Source: Lytechinus pictus
Lineage: Eukaryota
Assembly: GCF_037042905.1 (NCBI RefSeq)
Contig: NC_087251.1
Span: 6,388,001 to 6,452,000, forward strand
Reading direction: 5' to 3'
Length of the DNA stretch: 64,000 nucleotides
Shown: positions 36,801-49,654 of the stretch, piece after piece
How positions within the stretch are numbered: position 1 is the first letter of the stretch
Layout of the letters: the number at the start of each line of letters is the position of its first letter
Made by a program: the position numbers and the translations under genes
The notes under the pieces: generated by a model
What the model saw: the letters and a program-made list of their open reading frames with translations, nothing else
What the model was told of the DNA's origin: nothing
Database searches by the model: none

Positions 36801-39800
36801 GATGTCACAGAATTGACTGCAATTTGTTCAAAATTTCACATTGAACAGAAAGTTTTGCAATTCACTCAATAATTTAAAAAAAAGTTATACCATCAATAGA
36901 CCTTTGGGTATGATTAAACAGTAAGTCAAACTTAAATATGACAATTTTCAGCTATTCCATTCTCACATATGATCTGATTATTGAAAGAAAGCAAGGAAAC
37001 AAAAATGAAATCTTATTGTATATAACAGTACAAGTCATATAGTCATTAAGAGCAAAACGAGGAAACATTCCATTCAAAGACATTTTCTCACCTCATTCCT
37101 TCGCTCTTGACTCAAATCTTCAGCTTTCTCTAATGATATTCCATCTACTAGTTCTGTTGTGATGACCTCTTTTGTTGAAAGTTCAGGAATAACCTTTGGA
37201 ACCATAAAGATTGGATCTCCTTCTATCAGTTTCCTATATATAGTAGCAAAAATAAATCATGTGGTTAACATCATAAATCAATCCTATGAATGCATTTTAG
37301 CCTTTTACAACCACATCAGAATAGTTTGAGAATCACATGAAATCTTTCATTAGAGGGAATGACATAATTGTCATGATTGGTATCCATTTTACATGAAGAG
37401 GTCAATCTTTGCATTGTTGTTGTTCCGTATTCCTATTCCGTCGTCGTCTTCTTCTGTCTGCTTCTTCCACAAAATCCCATTCATTTAACAAGTAGTTTTT
37501 GTTAGCTCTGTCCTGGCTCCGTCCCTCATCCAAATTCATCCAAATTTGGTAGACATGTTGTCCAGCATCCCTAGTTGTGCCCCCCTGTCTTCCATTTTAC
37601 AAAATCACTCATGCATGACCATCCAGGCGCCATTTTGTAAATTTCAAGTCCATTTGCATACCATTCCTAATCCCGTCCTAACTCCCGTATCCTGCAGGCT
37701 ACAGACTTCTAACAAATTGCAGTTGATTGTTTAAAGGAGAATGAAACCCCTGAAACCAGCTGAATCCATATCAAAGAGAAAAATCAAAGAAACATATTGT
37801 TGAAAGTTTGAGGAAGATTGAATGAACAATAAGAAAGTTATGAGCATTTGAATATTGAGATCACTAATGCCATGTAGATCCTCCTATTGGCAATGCGACC
37901 AAGATCTGTGATGTCACACACGTAAAACTCCCTCATTACTTTAGTACTTATTTCACTTATATTCTCACTTTTATAGAGTCTATCACAAGGTGAGGTGTTC
38001 TCTTTATGAGAGGACAAGTACAGAGGTTTCACAATATTATATCATTGATGAATCGTTTGTCATATGATTAGAATTAGCAAAAAGAGATGTTTTGGGGTAT
38101 ATTTTCAGCGTCCAAAAGGGGAGAGTTGTTCATCTGTGACATCATAGATCTTGGTCGCATTGCCAATGAGAGGATCTCCATAGCATTAGTGATCTTGACA
38201 TTCAAATGCTCATAACTCTTCTGTTGCTAGTCCTATTTTACTCAAAATTTTGTTGGTCTTATTCTTTGATTTTTCTGCTTTCACAAATGCTAACTTGCTC
38301 CAAGAGTTTCATTCTCCTTTAAGAGTTGCTCTTTCATATAAAAAAATATGACTTGCCCTTCAAAATGCCGTCTTCTTGCCCTAAACTCAAATCCAAGATA
38401 GTCTACGTTCAAAATGTTCATATTTATTGAAATGCAAATTAGGAAAATCGTAAAATGGCCAGAACTTCCTTGTCTATTCATTTCCGTCTCATATTTTCAT
38501 GGTTTACTAATGGTATCATCCTTCACAAGTCAACAAATTTTTACGCATCAGTGACCTTTAAATTTACAAATAGCGCCCTCTATTGTAAAGTCAACAAATA
38601 GTAAAATGACAATAACTTTGTTGTTATCATTCATTTCGGTCTTATATTTTCAGGGCTAGCCTATGATATCATCCTTCATAATCCATATTCTTTTTACGCA
38701 TCAGTGACCATTACATTTAGAAATAGTGCCCTCTATTGCAAACTAAAGAAATATCAAAATGGCCATAAGTTCCTTGTTTTCATTCATTTCTGTCTCATAT
38801 TTTCAGGGTATGCTTATTGTATCATTCCTCATAATCCACATGTTTTTTACGCATCAGTGACCATTACCTTTAAGAAAAAGCGCCCTCAATTGAAAAGTCG
38901 AAAATAGTAAAATGGCCATAACTTCCTAGTTTTCAATCATTATGGTTTCATATTTTCAGAGTTTGCTAAGGGTACCATCCCTGATAATTCAAACGTGTTT
39001 TTTTTTTTTGCATCAGTGACCATTACCTTAATAAATAGCGCCCTCTATTGCAAAGTCGGAAAATAGTAAAATGGCTCTAACTTTCTTGTTTTTATACATT
39101 TTGGTGTCATATTTTCAGGGTTTCCTTATGGTATCATCCCTAAAATGCCAAATGTTTTTGTATCCATCAGTGACCATAATCTTTCAAAATAGCGCCCTCT
39201 ATTGCAAAGTCGAAAAATAGTAAAATTGCCATAACTCCCTTGTTTTTAATTATTTTGGTCTCATATTTTCAGGGTTTGCCAGTTGTATCATTTGACATAA
39301 TCCAACTGTGTTTTACGCATCAGTGACCATTCCTTTAAGAAATAGCGCCCTCTAATATTTTGAAAATGTATATCATCTACAGTTTTCTCTCTACCTCCTT
39401 CTGTTTCTTGCCCTCTATTAAATCACAGGCATCAATGCATGCACATCATTCTGATACGATTGCAGTTCTAGTTTTTCTATTCATCTTCTTCTTAAAACAA
39501 TTGTCATCTTAACAAGTTCATATGCCAAATCCTTAAAAGTTAAAATATCCTTCATGAACAAGACAGTACACTGAAATTTGTAGCATCATTTCTATAAAGA
39601 CAATGTTCGGTTTTTGAAAAAAATGTGAATTAATTTGAGTGTATAAAATGTACAATTAATTCAATATAAGTTCAATTAATTCAATAAAATTTCAATAAAT
39701 TAATGTAATTGTATTTGTTCAATAATTAAACTTACAAGGTCACTGATCATGTATCAGAAACATAACATATGTCCAATATCCTGGAAATTGACCAATAACT

Positions 39801-42800
39801 GCAGGGGGCAACACCTATGATATAATCTACTATATAGTCATATTCTTCTCACCTGAATTTCTCACAGCACTCGGCTTCTCTGATGTAATCTACTTCCCAT
39901 CCTAGCTCCTTCTTTGCAACTTCTATTGCACTCTCAGCATACAAACCTTTGAATGACAAGACAATACACAACTTAAGTTCTAATAGTTACTTACATACAT
40001 GTCTAAATTTCCTTTACATCATCTTTTGTTTACTGACTATATGATATTTCCAAATCACTCACCCCCTTATCCCCCCTTCCCCTCCTTCTTTCCTCTTCTC
40101 GCCTCTCCCTCTCCCCATCCTCTCTCTTCTTCTCTCCCCCCTTTCTTTTATTCAATCCCCCTTCACGCTCTCTTCCACTTATCTCAGAATTCTTCTTTCA
40201 TCCCCTTTCCTTCCCCATCTCTCCTTTTGCCTCATTATCAGTATATTCAGTTATTCTGATTTACACCAGGTCAGCTTTATGTAAACAAATGAATTCCTTT
40301 ATCTAGATTCTCTATAGTGGTAATAAGATCTCACCTTCAGGTAACACATTCCACATCTTAAGAAGCATCATAAGATTGTTGATATCGCTCTCAATACCTT
40401 GAGCTACTCCAGGATACTACATCAATAAGATAAAAATGTCACGTAGATGTACATGTATATATAAATTTGTCAGTATTATCTCATAAACTTTACAAAATGA
40501 ACAAAATTCGCCTCCACAATGTATTTTCATCTTTCATTCGAAAGGGTTTTAAACAGTTTAAAAAGTGATAAAGAGCAAGAATTGAGTCTTCTTTTATGAC
40601 TTTGTAATAGCCTTTTAGATCATTATGTAAAGGCATAATCCTATCCTTTTCTGAATTTAAATAGTACTTCAGTCTGTGTTAAGACACATTAAATGTCATC
40701 TATGTCTGGAAGGTAAAAAAAAAGAGAAAAAGTTAACCACTTTGACCCTTGGCCCTTCTCACATGAGTGTATTCTTTCATAAGCTATTTGTAAAGTTATA
40801 CATGACTTTATGAATGATGAATAAAAGAGCAAAATGAAATACAAAAAATCTTCCATGACTTGTGAACAGATGTATGTTTCCAATTATCTCAACTAGTTTG
40901 AGGTTCCACAAGCAATGGATAAACAATCAAAGAGTTCCCCTGTCCCCATTACCCACAAGCTATAACAATCTAGAGTCTAAATAAGTCATATTCTTTCATC
41001 TTACCTGGATTTTCATAGCAACTTCTGTCCCATCATGCATTGTTGCTAGATGGACTTGACCTATTGAAGCAGCCGCAAAAGGTTTGTCTTCAAACGATGC
41101 AACCTTACTTCTCCAGCCATCACCTAATTCCTGCTTTAGCACTCTCTGAGATAAACATACAAGATATCATTACTGATATAACATTTACCACAGCTTAAAA
41201 TAATAGAAGATTTCTTCATATATTTCTAAATGAAAAGGAAACCGATTTCTCACTAATGGCTTCTCATCAACAAAAGGATATCTCCAAGAACAATAACTAT
41301 AAATGCTTTCTATGAATGTTTAACCCTAATTCTCCCGGGGGGGGGGGCCATAATGGCCCCCCCCCCTCGACAATTTTCGCGATATATCTGCTGCGCAAAT
41401 TTTTTTGACCTCGCTGCTCACTTACTTTTTACTTTCAAGTCTCGCGCAAATTTTGAGACCAAATTTGTGACGCCCGGGTACGCGCTTACGACATTATGTA
41501 AGTGCATGTCAGACCCAAAATTGCTCATAAACGTGATTTCATGTACAAATCCAATGCAGATTGTGTATTAGCCAAAATTCATAAATGTATCATTATTTCT
41601 ACTTTTACGGATTAAACTTAATTAATTTTGCCTTGTTTATGATCAAAATTAAGTCTGGAACGATTTCCTTCGAAAAAACAATTTAAAAAAAAAGTATTAA
41701 AAAAAAGAAATACATAAGAAATTAAAAAAAACAATAAAATACATAAGAAATCAGTCTTGGTACCAGAATTTTTTTCATTCACAATTGTTAGGAATGCTAT
41801 AAAGCATATTTTCACCAAAAAATGGCATTCTAGGAGCTTTATTTAGTGAATCAGAGCAAAAAGTATGATTTCATGAATAAATTAGCATAATTAATTCATA
41901 TAAAATAAAAATATATGAATTCAGTGAAATTTACCAATGCAACTGCGTAGATAACGTCATTCTCTACCATCATGCAAATTTTCGTTGTGATCGCGCAATC
42001 CGCGGCTGAGATCTTAAGGGGGGGCCATAATGGCCCCCCCCCCCCCCCCCCCCCCGGGAATGACAAGAATCAAAATACCCCGGGAGATTTAGGGTTAAGC
42101 AAAGAAAAAAAATATATAAAAGGCTGTTTTGTCTTTGTGTCTATGTCATTGGCACCCCAGTAGTACACATTCCCTGAACATAATCTCACCAATGCTGCAA
42201 TGTTTAATTCCTCATAGGAAGTGTGATTATCCATTTTAAAAACATTGCCTTTTCCATTTCTGAATTATACAGTTGTGTTTATGACAAAGATTAAAAAAGT
42301 GAAAAAGGATAAATTTAATAAATTGGGTAATGTAAAATCTACAAAATCAAGCAGATGAGAGAAAGAGAAAAAGATAATCAAACACATTGACTTACCTCCA
42401 TTTGCCATAGAGGCATGAAGTCTGCACTCTGCCTTACTCTCTCAAACACCTTTTGAAGCTCAGGACTGATAAGAGTATTATCTGAAAGAAAAACCATTAT
42501 TAAAGAAATCTCAAGTTCTTATCACTTTAATTGTATTTAATATGTTATTCAAATGAGGAATGACATTGGCTTGGAATGAACATACATCAATTCATGTTTC
42601 TTCTGTTATCTATATAAAAATGCTTGTTCTTCCTTTTTTAATGTTAGGATGAGGAAGATGTACTCTTTCACAAAATTCTTTTTTTTTATTATGATTTTTG
42701 AAGTCCAAATTAATTCACTGGCTCAGAACATTATTGCACAAATTGTGTGTTTTTACCTGGGTTGCATGCAATATAACCATGGTTGCCTCCAGGGACTTTT

Positions 42801-45800
42801 GAGTGGTAGTTTAAATATCGGCTGACACCTTACCACAGAGTGGTTTTAGAATCATTTTCATATTTTCTATGTGAGATGGGAAATCAGTACCAATCTTGCA
42901 AGTGAAATATTGCATTGAGTACAAGTTAGACATGAAGAGGGGTGGAATGGTGCCTATAACCAAAGAGACATCACTAGACATGGCATATAGAAGAAACAGA
43001 AGGGATTTATTTCCAGGTTTCTTACCTTGAATACTAAGCATTTGACCCAGTTTAAGAGCAGCACCTCTCACCCTGCACAGTGTATCTACTATTCTCTCAG
43101 CATTAGCTTCTGTCAACAATATATTTGAGTCTATCTTACCATCTAATATGGGAAAAAATGAAATATCAATATATTTCAATAACAAAGCATGGAATTGATT
43201 TATTGAACGGTAATAATTCACAATTTCTCAAAAAAAAATTTCTCTTTCTCTCTGCTTTAAAAGAATGATGAATAAATAGTATACCATAAACTACATATTG
43301 AAAAGGTGATGAAATTCTTATTTGAAATACTGTAATATTTGGCTCAAATACTACTCAGTACAATCTCACAATACATAACACATAATAAAATATAAAAACT
43401 TCATATCTTTATACTATTACTGGCACACTCAACACCTCAAAGTTGAAACATCTTTAAAGGTCAAGATGTTGATTTGAAAAAATAGAGAAAAATCAAACCA
43501 GCATATTGCTGAAAATTTCATCAAAATCGGATGTAAAGTAAGAAAGCTATGACATTTTAAAAGTTTCGCTTATTTCTCACAAAACAGTGAAAAACACATC
43601 TCAGTGACATGCAAATGAGTCAGTCGATGATGTCCATCACTCACTATTTCTTTTGTTTTTTGTTTGAATTATACATTATTTCTTTTTTTTTACAGATTTA
43701 ACAATAAGGACCAACTTGACTGAACCATATAGTATTAAACAATGCTAATTCCACATGTTCAGGGAGGAATCACTGTTGTTTCACTTGACAATGAGGAGAA
43801 AAATAGAATATTTCATATTTCATGTAATAAAATACAAAGGAAATAGTGAGTGGATGACGTCATCCGTCTCCTCATTTGCATACCGGCCAGTATGTGCATA
43901 TAACTGTTTTGTGAAATTAAGCGAAACTTTAAAATGTCATAACTTTCTTATTACACATCCGATTTTGATGAAATTTTCAGTGTTATGCTTGTTGTATTTT
44001 TCTCTTTTTATTCAAATCAACTTTTTGTTGGGGTGGACTTGTCCTTTAACCCTATCCAGGCCGGGGGGGGGGGCCTCGGAGGCCCCCCAACGATTCGCGC
44101 AATATTTTCGCCGTGCAAAATTTTTTGACCGCGCCACTCGCTGACTTTTTACTTTCAAGTCTTGCGCAACTTTTGAGACCAATTTCGTGTGACCCGGGTA
44201 CGCATTTCGGAAATTACGCAACATTGTGTAAGTGCATGTCAGACCAAAAATTGCTCAAAAACGTGATTTCGTGTACAAAGTCAATGCAAATTGTGTTTTC
44301 AACCAAAAATCATAAATGTATGATTATTTTTAGTTTTGCTGGTCCAAATGTATTTATTTTATGCTGTTTATGATCTCAGAAGAGTCCCCAACAAATTTCA
44401 TTGAAAAAACAATGAAAATAAAAAGGTCCAAAAACATAGAACTACATAAGAAATTGCAAAAAACAATATAATACATAAGAAATTGGTCTGATATCGCAAT
44501 TTTTTCATGTAAACTTGCTAAGAAAACCACAAAGAGTTTCTAAAGCAAAAATTAGAACATTTGGAGCTTTATTTAGGGAGTTAGAGGGAAAAGTATGATT
44601 TTGCATACTAATTACGCATAAATTAGCATAATCACTTAATAGCAATTTGCATGAAATAAATTACTATACAATTTTGTAGATTATGTCCCAGACAACCTGC
44701 GTGCCAAATTTCGGCGTGATCGCGCGGTCAACGGCCGAGATCTCATGGGGGGGCCTGGGAGGCCCCCGGCCATATGAACTCCTAAAATACCCCGGCCTAG
44801 ATAGGGTTAAATTTGTTTAAAACTATCAAGGAATTTCATCTTTTTTTCAATGTTTACTTTTTAAAAGTATGTGTATTCAATCTTTCTATCAAATAAAGAA
44901 AAAAACTTACTTTCTTCTAACCCAAAACCTCTTTTAACTTTTTCTGCTAGAGCTCCAACTCCAATACCAGCAGCTAGACCTAAAATGATACACAAACAAA
45001 ATTGCTTTCAAACCTTCTTATTATAAGCAGTCAGACAGGAGCTCCTGTTATATATGCAATAAATACAAAGTAGAAACATGGTTATAGAAAACAGGATTTC
45101 AATATGAATGAATATCTTACTAGAAATCTTAAATTGATGTATTGTAATAAGAAAATGTTGAAAGAAATTAAATAATTAATCAAAATACAAATTTGTAAGG
45201 TAGAAACTAAAATTTGTATCTGATTATGAAATATTCTAATATTGTAAAATAATGATCATTATTACTGTATTCACCGTTTACAAAGAATACTTTGAAGATT
45301 TTAATAATTTTCAAGACACACACAAAATACAACACATATTTTCAATTCATGTTTAATGATCCAAACATTTATGCATCCATATTACACAAAACCATTATAA
45401 CGATCAACATAAAAACTTGCCTCACCTCCAAAATTAAGAACTCTACTCATTCTTGATGATGGAACTGTTCTCTCTTTAGCTTGGGCACTGAGCTGTAGAA
45501 AAATGTTGATGATACAGTTAATAAATAATAAATAAATAATATAGGATTTGTAAAGCGCACGTATCCACCTTGCTAGGTGCTCAAGGCGCTCCTATATTAC
45601 CCCGGCTAAGCTAGTCTACCGATTCTGGTGCGCACAGCTTTTTGAGAAATTACTTCCTGCCAGTAATTTACCTCACCAGGGTCGAGTGCAGCACAGTGTG
45701 GATAAATTTCTTGCTGAAGGAAAAGACGCCATGGCTAGGATTCAAACCCACGACCCTCTGTTTGAAAGGCAAGAGTCAGAACCACTAGACCACGATGAGC

Positions 45801-47465
45801 CCACATCAGATGTACCAGATGCAGTTAGAAGATGTACACATTATATTGGTTATAATTGCAAGAAAGTAATCTAAGTCAAGGACACAAAATTAAGTCATTC
45901 CTGAACACAGCAAGCGGTTCTTTGATAAGATTTTCCTAATGGGGCGTTGCAAGAAACTTGCGATCAATTGCAGATCTATTTTCGTTCGTGAAATCAAGTA
46001 TATGCCGTGCAATTAATTGCAAATTTGCGATAGATTGCTAATCTGCTCCATGAAACAAGTACTTTAATCTGATTTTCTAAAGTTAAAAGTGATCAATCAA
46101 CTGTAAAATTGCAACAGAATATTTGGGATTGATTGCAAATATTTTCTTGCAACACCCCCTTAGGGGTGCAAATGAGTTATTAAAAAAGGATATACTGATA
46201 CCCTGGCACAAGCCAAACCCTTCCAAGGTGCCAAGGAATATCTTCTCAAGGCCAGGTTACCAAATTCAACATTTTTACAACTTACTGTTGGTTTTATTCT
46301 TGGTCTAGCAGCAGGCTTACGAGGTGGTATCTTTGGCCCTGAACTTTTTGTCTTCCCGATGTCGTCAGCTGAAACAGCTCCGGAGTTAAAGTATCTGCGA
46401 GAAATGTCACTGTGTACCCTATACCGGTACCGAGCAGCAGCAGTACTTGCTAAAGTATGGTAACCTCTAGAGGGTGCTGTTCCCTGTGGATCATTTTCTC
46501 TGGAAGAATGAGCTGCTGTCAAGTCTTCAGCAGCAAACTGAGAAGCTGACTCAGCAAAGGTATCACCCCATTCTTCAGGATCACTTGTCACAATGGAGTC
46601 ACCCCAATCATCATTTTTCTCAGCCTATAAATTGGAAAATAATAGAATTTTGAAAGACATATGTTAGAATAAATAATGGGGAGTGGCAGTCAAGAAATTA
46701 AAAGGGCATTGAGAATAATTGTAAGTTTTCAAATTTGTTTTAAAATATTATCTACTAAGAATACTGTCATAAATGTGTCTAATGCGAACTTATTGTTGGA
46801 TTAGATGGTCAGACCGTCAGTCACATAAGATAAGAAAAAAGACAGCTAAGATTTTGGGGGGAAAATTGTGTAGTTCCAACATGTGTTTCTATGCACTGTA
46901 TGTGACTCAAGGCCGAGAAGATAATTTTTTTAATCTTTTTTTTTTGGCGATTCCAATATCTTACAGCATAAGCCATTAATTCTAAAATTTACTCTAACGC
47001 ATATCAGGCAATTTCTTCAGCAGTTCAATATCCTGATAAGACAAGATTTCATATAATATTCAAACAATTTCTATGAAAAAATTGACTGCACAGGACAATA
47101 TGAGATACATTGCTAATACCAACCATCTTCCATATAGACCTTTGTTTTGAATAGCATGTTCAAAATTTCATGAAAAAACAGGTATCATCAAAAGTAAAAA
47201 CAGTCACTTAATTGTCTCTTCAAGAAGAAATAGATAAATAATTTCAAAAAGATATCTTTTAAAAAATCCCTACCTTGTTTAAATTCATCCATGCATCACT
47301 GACCCTCTCTTCTGTCTTGGTCTGGATACCTTGGACAGCTGACCTTAAACTAGAGTTAGCCCAGATCTGGCCTACTTCTTTGCATTGACCATCCACAAAG
47401 CTCTTGACCAAAAGTCCAAATCCATTAGCAGCCTTGGCGGCATCACCAAATCTTGATCCAGACAT
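33854..47465 (-). CDS. COQ8: COQ8 (ADCK3/ADCK4, UbiB/ABC1 family) atypical kinase, complete, 14 coding exons
   Basis: Exons 47465-47274, 46624-46286, 45492-45426 ([10 protein letters not shown]), 44979-44911, 43142-43026 ([15 protein letters not shown], KxGQ motif), 42481-42396 ([10 protein letters not shown]), 41145-41005 ([17 protein letters not shown]), 40416-40335 (YPGVA), 39946-39853 (WEVDYIREA), 37233-37092, 36254-36147 ([10 protein letters not shown]), 35354-35289 (LLDFGA), 34630-34544, 34132-33854 ([21 protein letters not shown]). A likely 5'UTR exon ends at 49655 (GTGAGT donor). Confidence 0.96.
34836..35110 (+). mobile_element. tRNA-derived SINE
   Basis: Head TGTGGTGTAGCGGTT..GTTTGAATCCC (A/B boxes) followed by a non-tRNA body (CCTTTGGCAAGG..TGGGTACC). 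Confidence 0.75.
37409..39472 (+). mobile_element. Probable HINE-like element with about 6 x 153-bp internal tandem repeats (38445-39353) and a nested MITE
   Basis: CATCAGTGACC recurs at 38546, 38699, 38852, 39011, 39165 and 39318. The 5' part has a simple-sequence tract (TCGTCGTCTTCTTC) and the 3' end is ..GTTCTAG followed by a T-run. The tandem array is certain; the element boundaries are inferred. Confidence 0.5.
37731..38322. mobile_element. TTAA-TSD MITE (second Kolobok-like family) with about 190-bp imperfect TIRs
   Basis: TTAA|AGGAGAATGAAAC ... GTTTCATTCTCCT|TTAA; internal mirror of GGCAATGCGACCAAGATCT.TGATGTCACA. Confidence 0.85.
41324..42094. mobile_element. piggyBac-like MITE (CCC termini, TTAA TSD)
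   Basis: TTAA|CCCTAATTCTCCCGGGG ... CCCCGGGAGATTTAGGG|TTAA; body homologous to 44050-44806. Confidence 0.85.
43454..44049. mobile_element. Kolobok-like TTAA MITE, opposite orientation to the 32715 copy
   Basis: TTAA|AGGTCAAG ... GTTGGGGTGGACTTGTCCT|TTAA. Confidence 0.85.
44050..44806. mobile_element. piggyBac-like MITE
   Basis: TTAA|CCCTATCCAGGCCGGG ... CCCGGCCTAGATAGGG|TTAA; shares its left TTAA with the preceding element. Confidence 0.85.
45519..45802 (-). mobile_element. tRNA-derived SINE with (TAT/TTA)n tail
   Basis: Minus-strand head GGGCTCATCGTGGTCTAGTGGTT..GGTTTGAATCC; 3' end GTGCGCTTTACAAATCC followed by a simple-repeat tail. Confidence 0.8.
45941..46158. mobile_element. Short palindromic MITE (Harbinger-like)
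   Basis: GGGGCGTTGCAAGAAA ... TTTCTTGCAACACCCC. Confidence 0.7.
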
Positions 47466-48182
47466 GGTGATTATCAACTCAATACAATCTCCTCAGTTAT
47501 TTCCTGAAGTATGATCGATGACAATGAATAAAAGTTGGCAAATAGTAACAACATGATCAAGAGATTCAATAACTGTTTATGTCATGTGGAACTATGTAAC
47601 CACAAATTGGGGTTGAGAGACAGGCATAAAGATTTAAGCGCAGAAGATATTCAGGTACCATACAATTCAAAACCACCTATAGATTCCTCCGCACATTTGA
47701 ACAGGCCTAAATATTCAAGTATTTCTTTTCGTTCTTGATCCTTAGTCCAAACATGGACCTATTATGGTCCAAACAAATAGACCCTTTGTGCGTAAATGCG
47801 TCTGCATATACATGCCTTTTTCATACATGCTTTGTGCAATAGTGCATTCAAACTGTTATAATTAGTACTGCATAATTTAGACTTGAAATAACATATAATT
47901 CTGCTCAAATTACACATATTTCACAGCTGGTAGGATGTCTGGATGCTCATGTTGAAATAAACATGAATTTGAACACTTTCTCAAATTTGTTAATTTTGTG
48001 TTTGATTCTCTAGCACTTTGTAACAGGGTTGGCAAATTTAAATCACGACTTAAATATTCATTAGGTTGGCTGCTGATGTCACAACCCCAAATTACATGAA
48101 ACCATAATATTTCATGTTTTATGTACATGAGTGTGTTATATGCCTCGCTTAAAATAAAATAAGTGTCATCAATATACCTAAT

Positions 48183-49070
48183 GTATGGCAGTGTATCCTA
48201 TTGCCGGACACCTTTATTTCAGTGCTTTAAAAATGACAACTAGAGGAAATACAATCAAGAAAAATTCACACTTGCTATTCCAAATATTATGAAAATTATA
48301 AATATGATAAAATTATTTTATATTTACCAACCATTTTCTTTGCATCGCAGTTGCCGCATACCCCTCCACGAAAAACAATTATTTTCGTGCGCGACAAATT
48401 ACATCATGATTCCGGACGCGCGCCGGACGGGTAAAGATATCCTTGATTATAATGATGTAAGAGCAAATTTGTGTGATTTTTTTCTTCTTATATCATATCA
48501 TGAGTAAATTCTAAGTATTATTTGCTTTTTTATATCGAATCTGAGCAGATGTTGGTAATAAATTCGTGTTCGATAACTTATTTTATTTTGTCTTGTTAGC
48601 TGCATGTTCCATGGCACTTTCCAATAATAATATGCTCGCGTTCGTATCGTGACGCTTATCAAGTTCTATCGATGCGCTGCCGATCGACGGCTCTACTCAC
48701 GGTATACCTCGCGCACGGGTACCTTGAGAACTAGCCATCGATGATCACCCACAATTCACCACACCTCATCATTCGATCGAAGGAGTGGACGAGATTGAAA
48801 TTCTGCAAAATCAGGCCCATATTTCCGTTAGAAAATATATCAATTGTTAATACAAAACTATGTTATATGATATTTTAAGCATTTTCTGTCATTTTGAGAG
48901 ATAATTAGGTAAAAGTTGGATTTTTTGCCTTGTTTTTATTGCAATCTTGTTCTATGTATTGCTCTGTGAAATCGAATTACGGAAGTCTTACGGTACGAAT
49001 TTGTTTTAGAACGCAGTAATATGCGCGTCCGGAATCATAATAGTGTCCGGTAATACAATACGTGACTATA
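48183..49070. mobile_element. Degenerate TIR element in COQ8 intron 1
   Basis: TATTGCCGGACAC and ATGATTCCGGACGCGC on the left are mirrored by GCGCGTCCGGAATCAT..GTGTCCGGTAATA on the right. Confidence 0.4.
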
Positions 49071-49654
49071 CTAAATTTGTCAATCCAACTTTTTTAGTTC
49101 TTGGAATACATCTATAGAATAAACATAATTTCATGTTAATACAAAAGACAGTGGCGTAATGAGCCAAAACAATTTTAGAGGGTTCAATATGGTTTATCGT
49201 GTAAAATTACGAAAAAGTTGTGAGCGAGCAAAAATTTTTGCTTTTAGTTTACCTTTTTACTTTTAGGCAATTTGCTTCCTCTTTTATCTCGGCAACCCCT
49301 GGTCCAATTTCATGATCTTTATTCTTGGTGTCATTTTACTCGTGTTTCAAAGCTTATTCCAGTTAAACTATTTAAAACTAGAATTACGACACTTCAATTT
49401 TTGGGGCACATCCCTATAAATATCCCTCTAACTAAAAGTTAAGTCTAACTTTATATCTACACCATGTGACCATGCACCAGGCAGAGGCAGAGAGGATTCA
49501 GACACAGCTGAAAATGTCACTTTCTTTTTTTACATTCGATTTTGATGAAATTTTCAGTGTTATCCTTGTTTGATTTTTCTCTATTGATTCAAATCAACTT
49601 TTCCCTGGGGTGGACTTGCCCTTAATTGTATTGCATAACGTTTAACGGACTCAC

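Noticed and set aside
43755..44373. ORFs of 70-129 aa (similar ones at 41353 and 41972)
   Set aside because: They span non-autonomous MITEs and show no transposase motifs.
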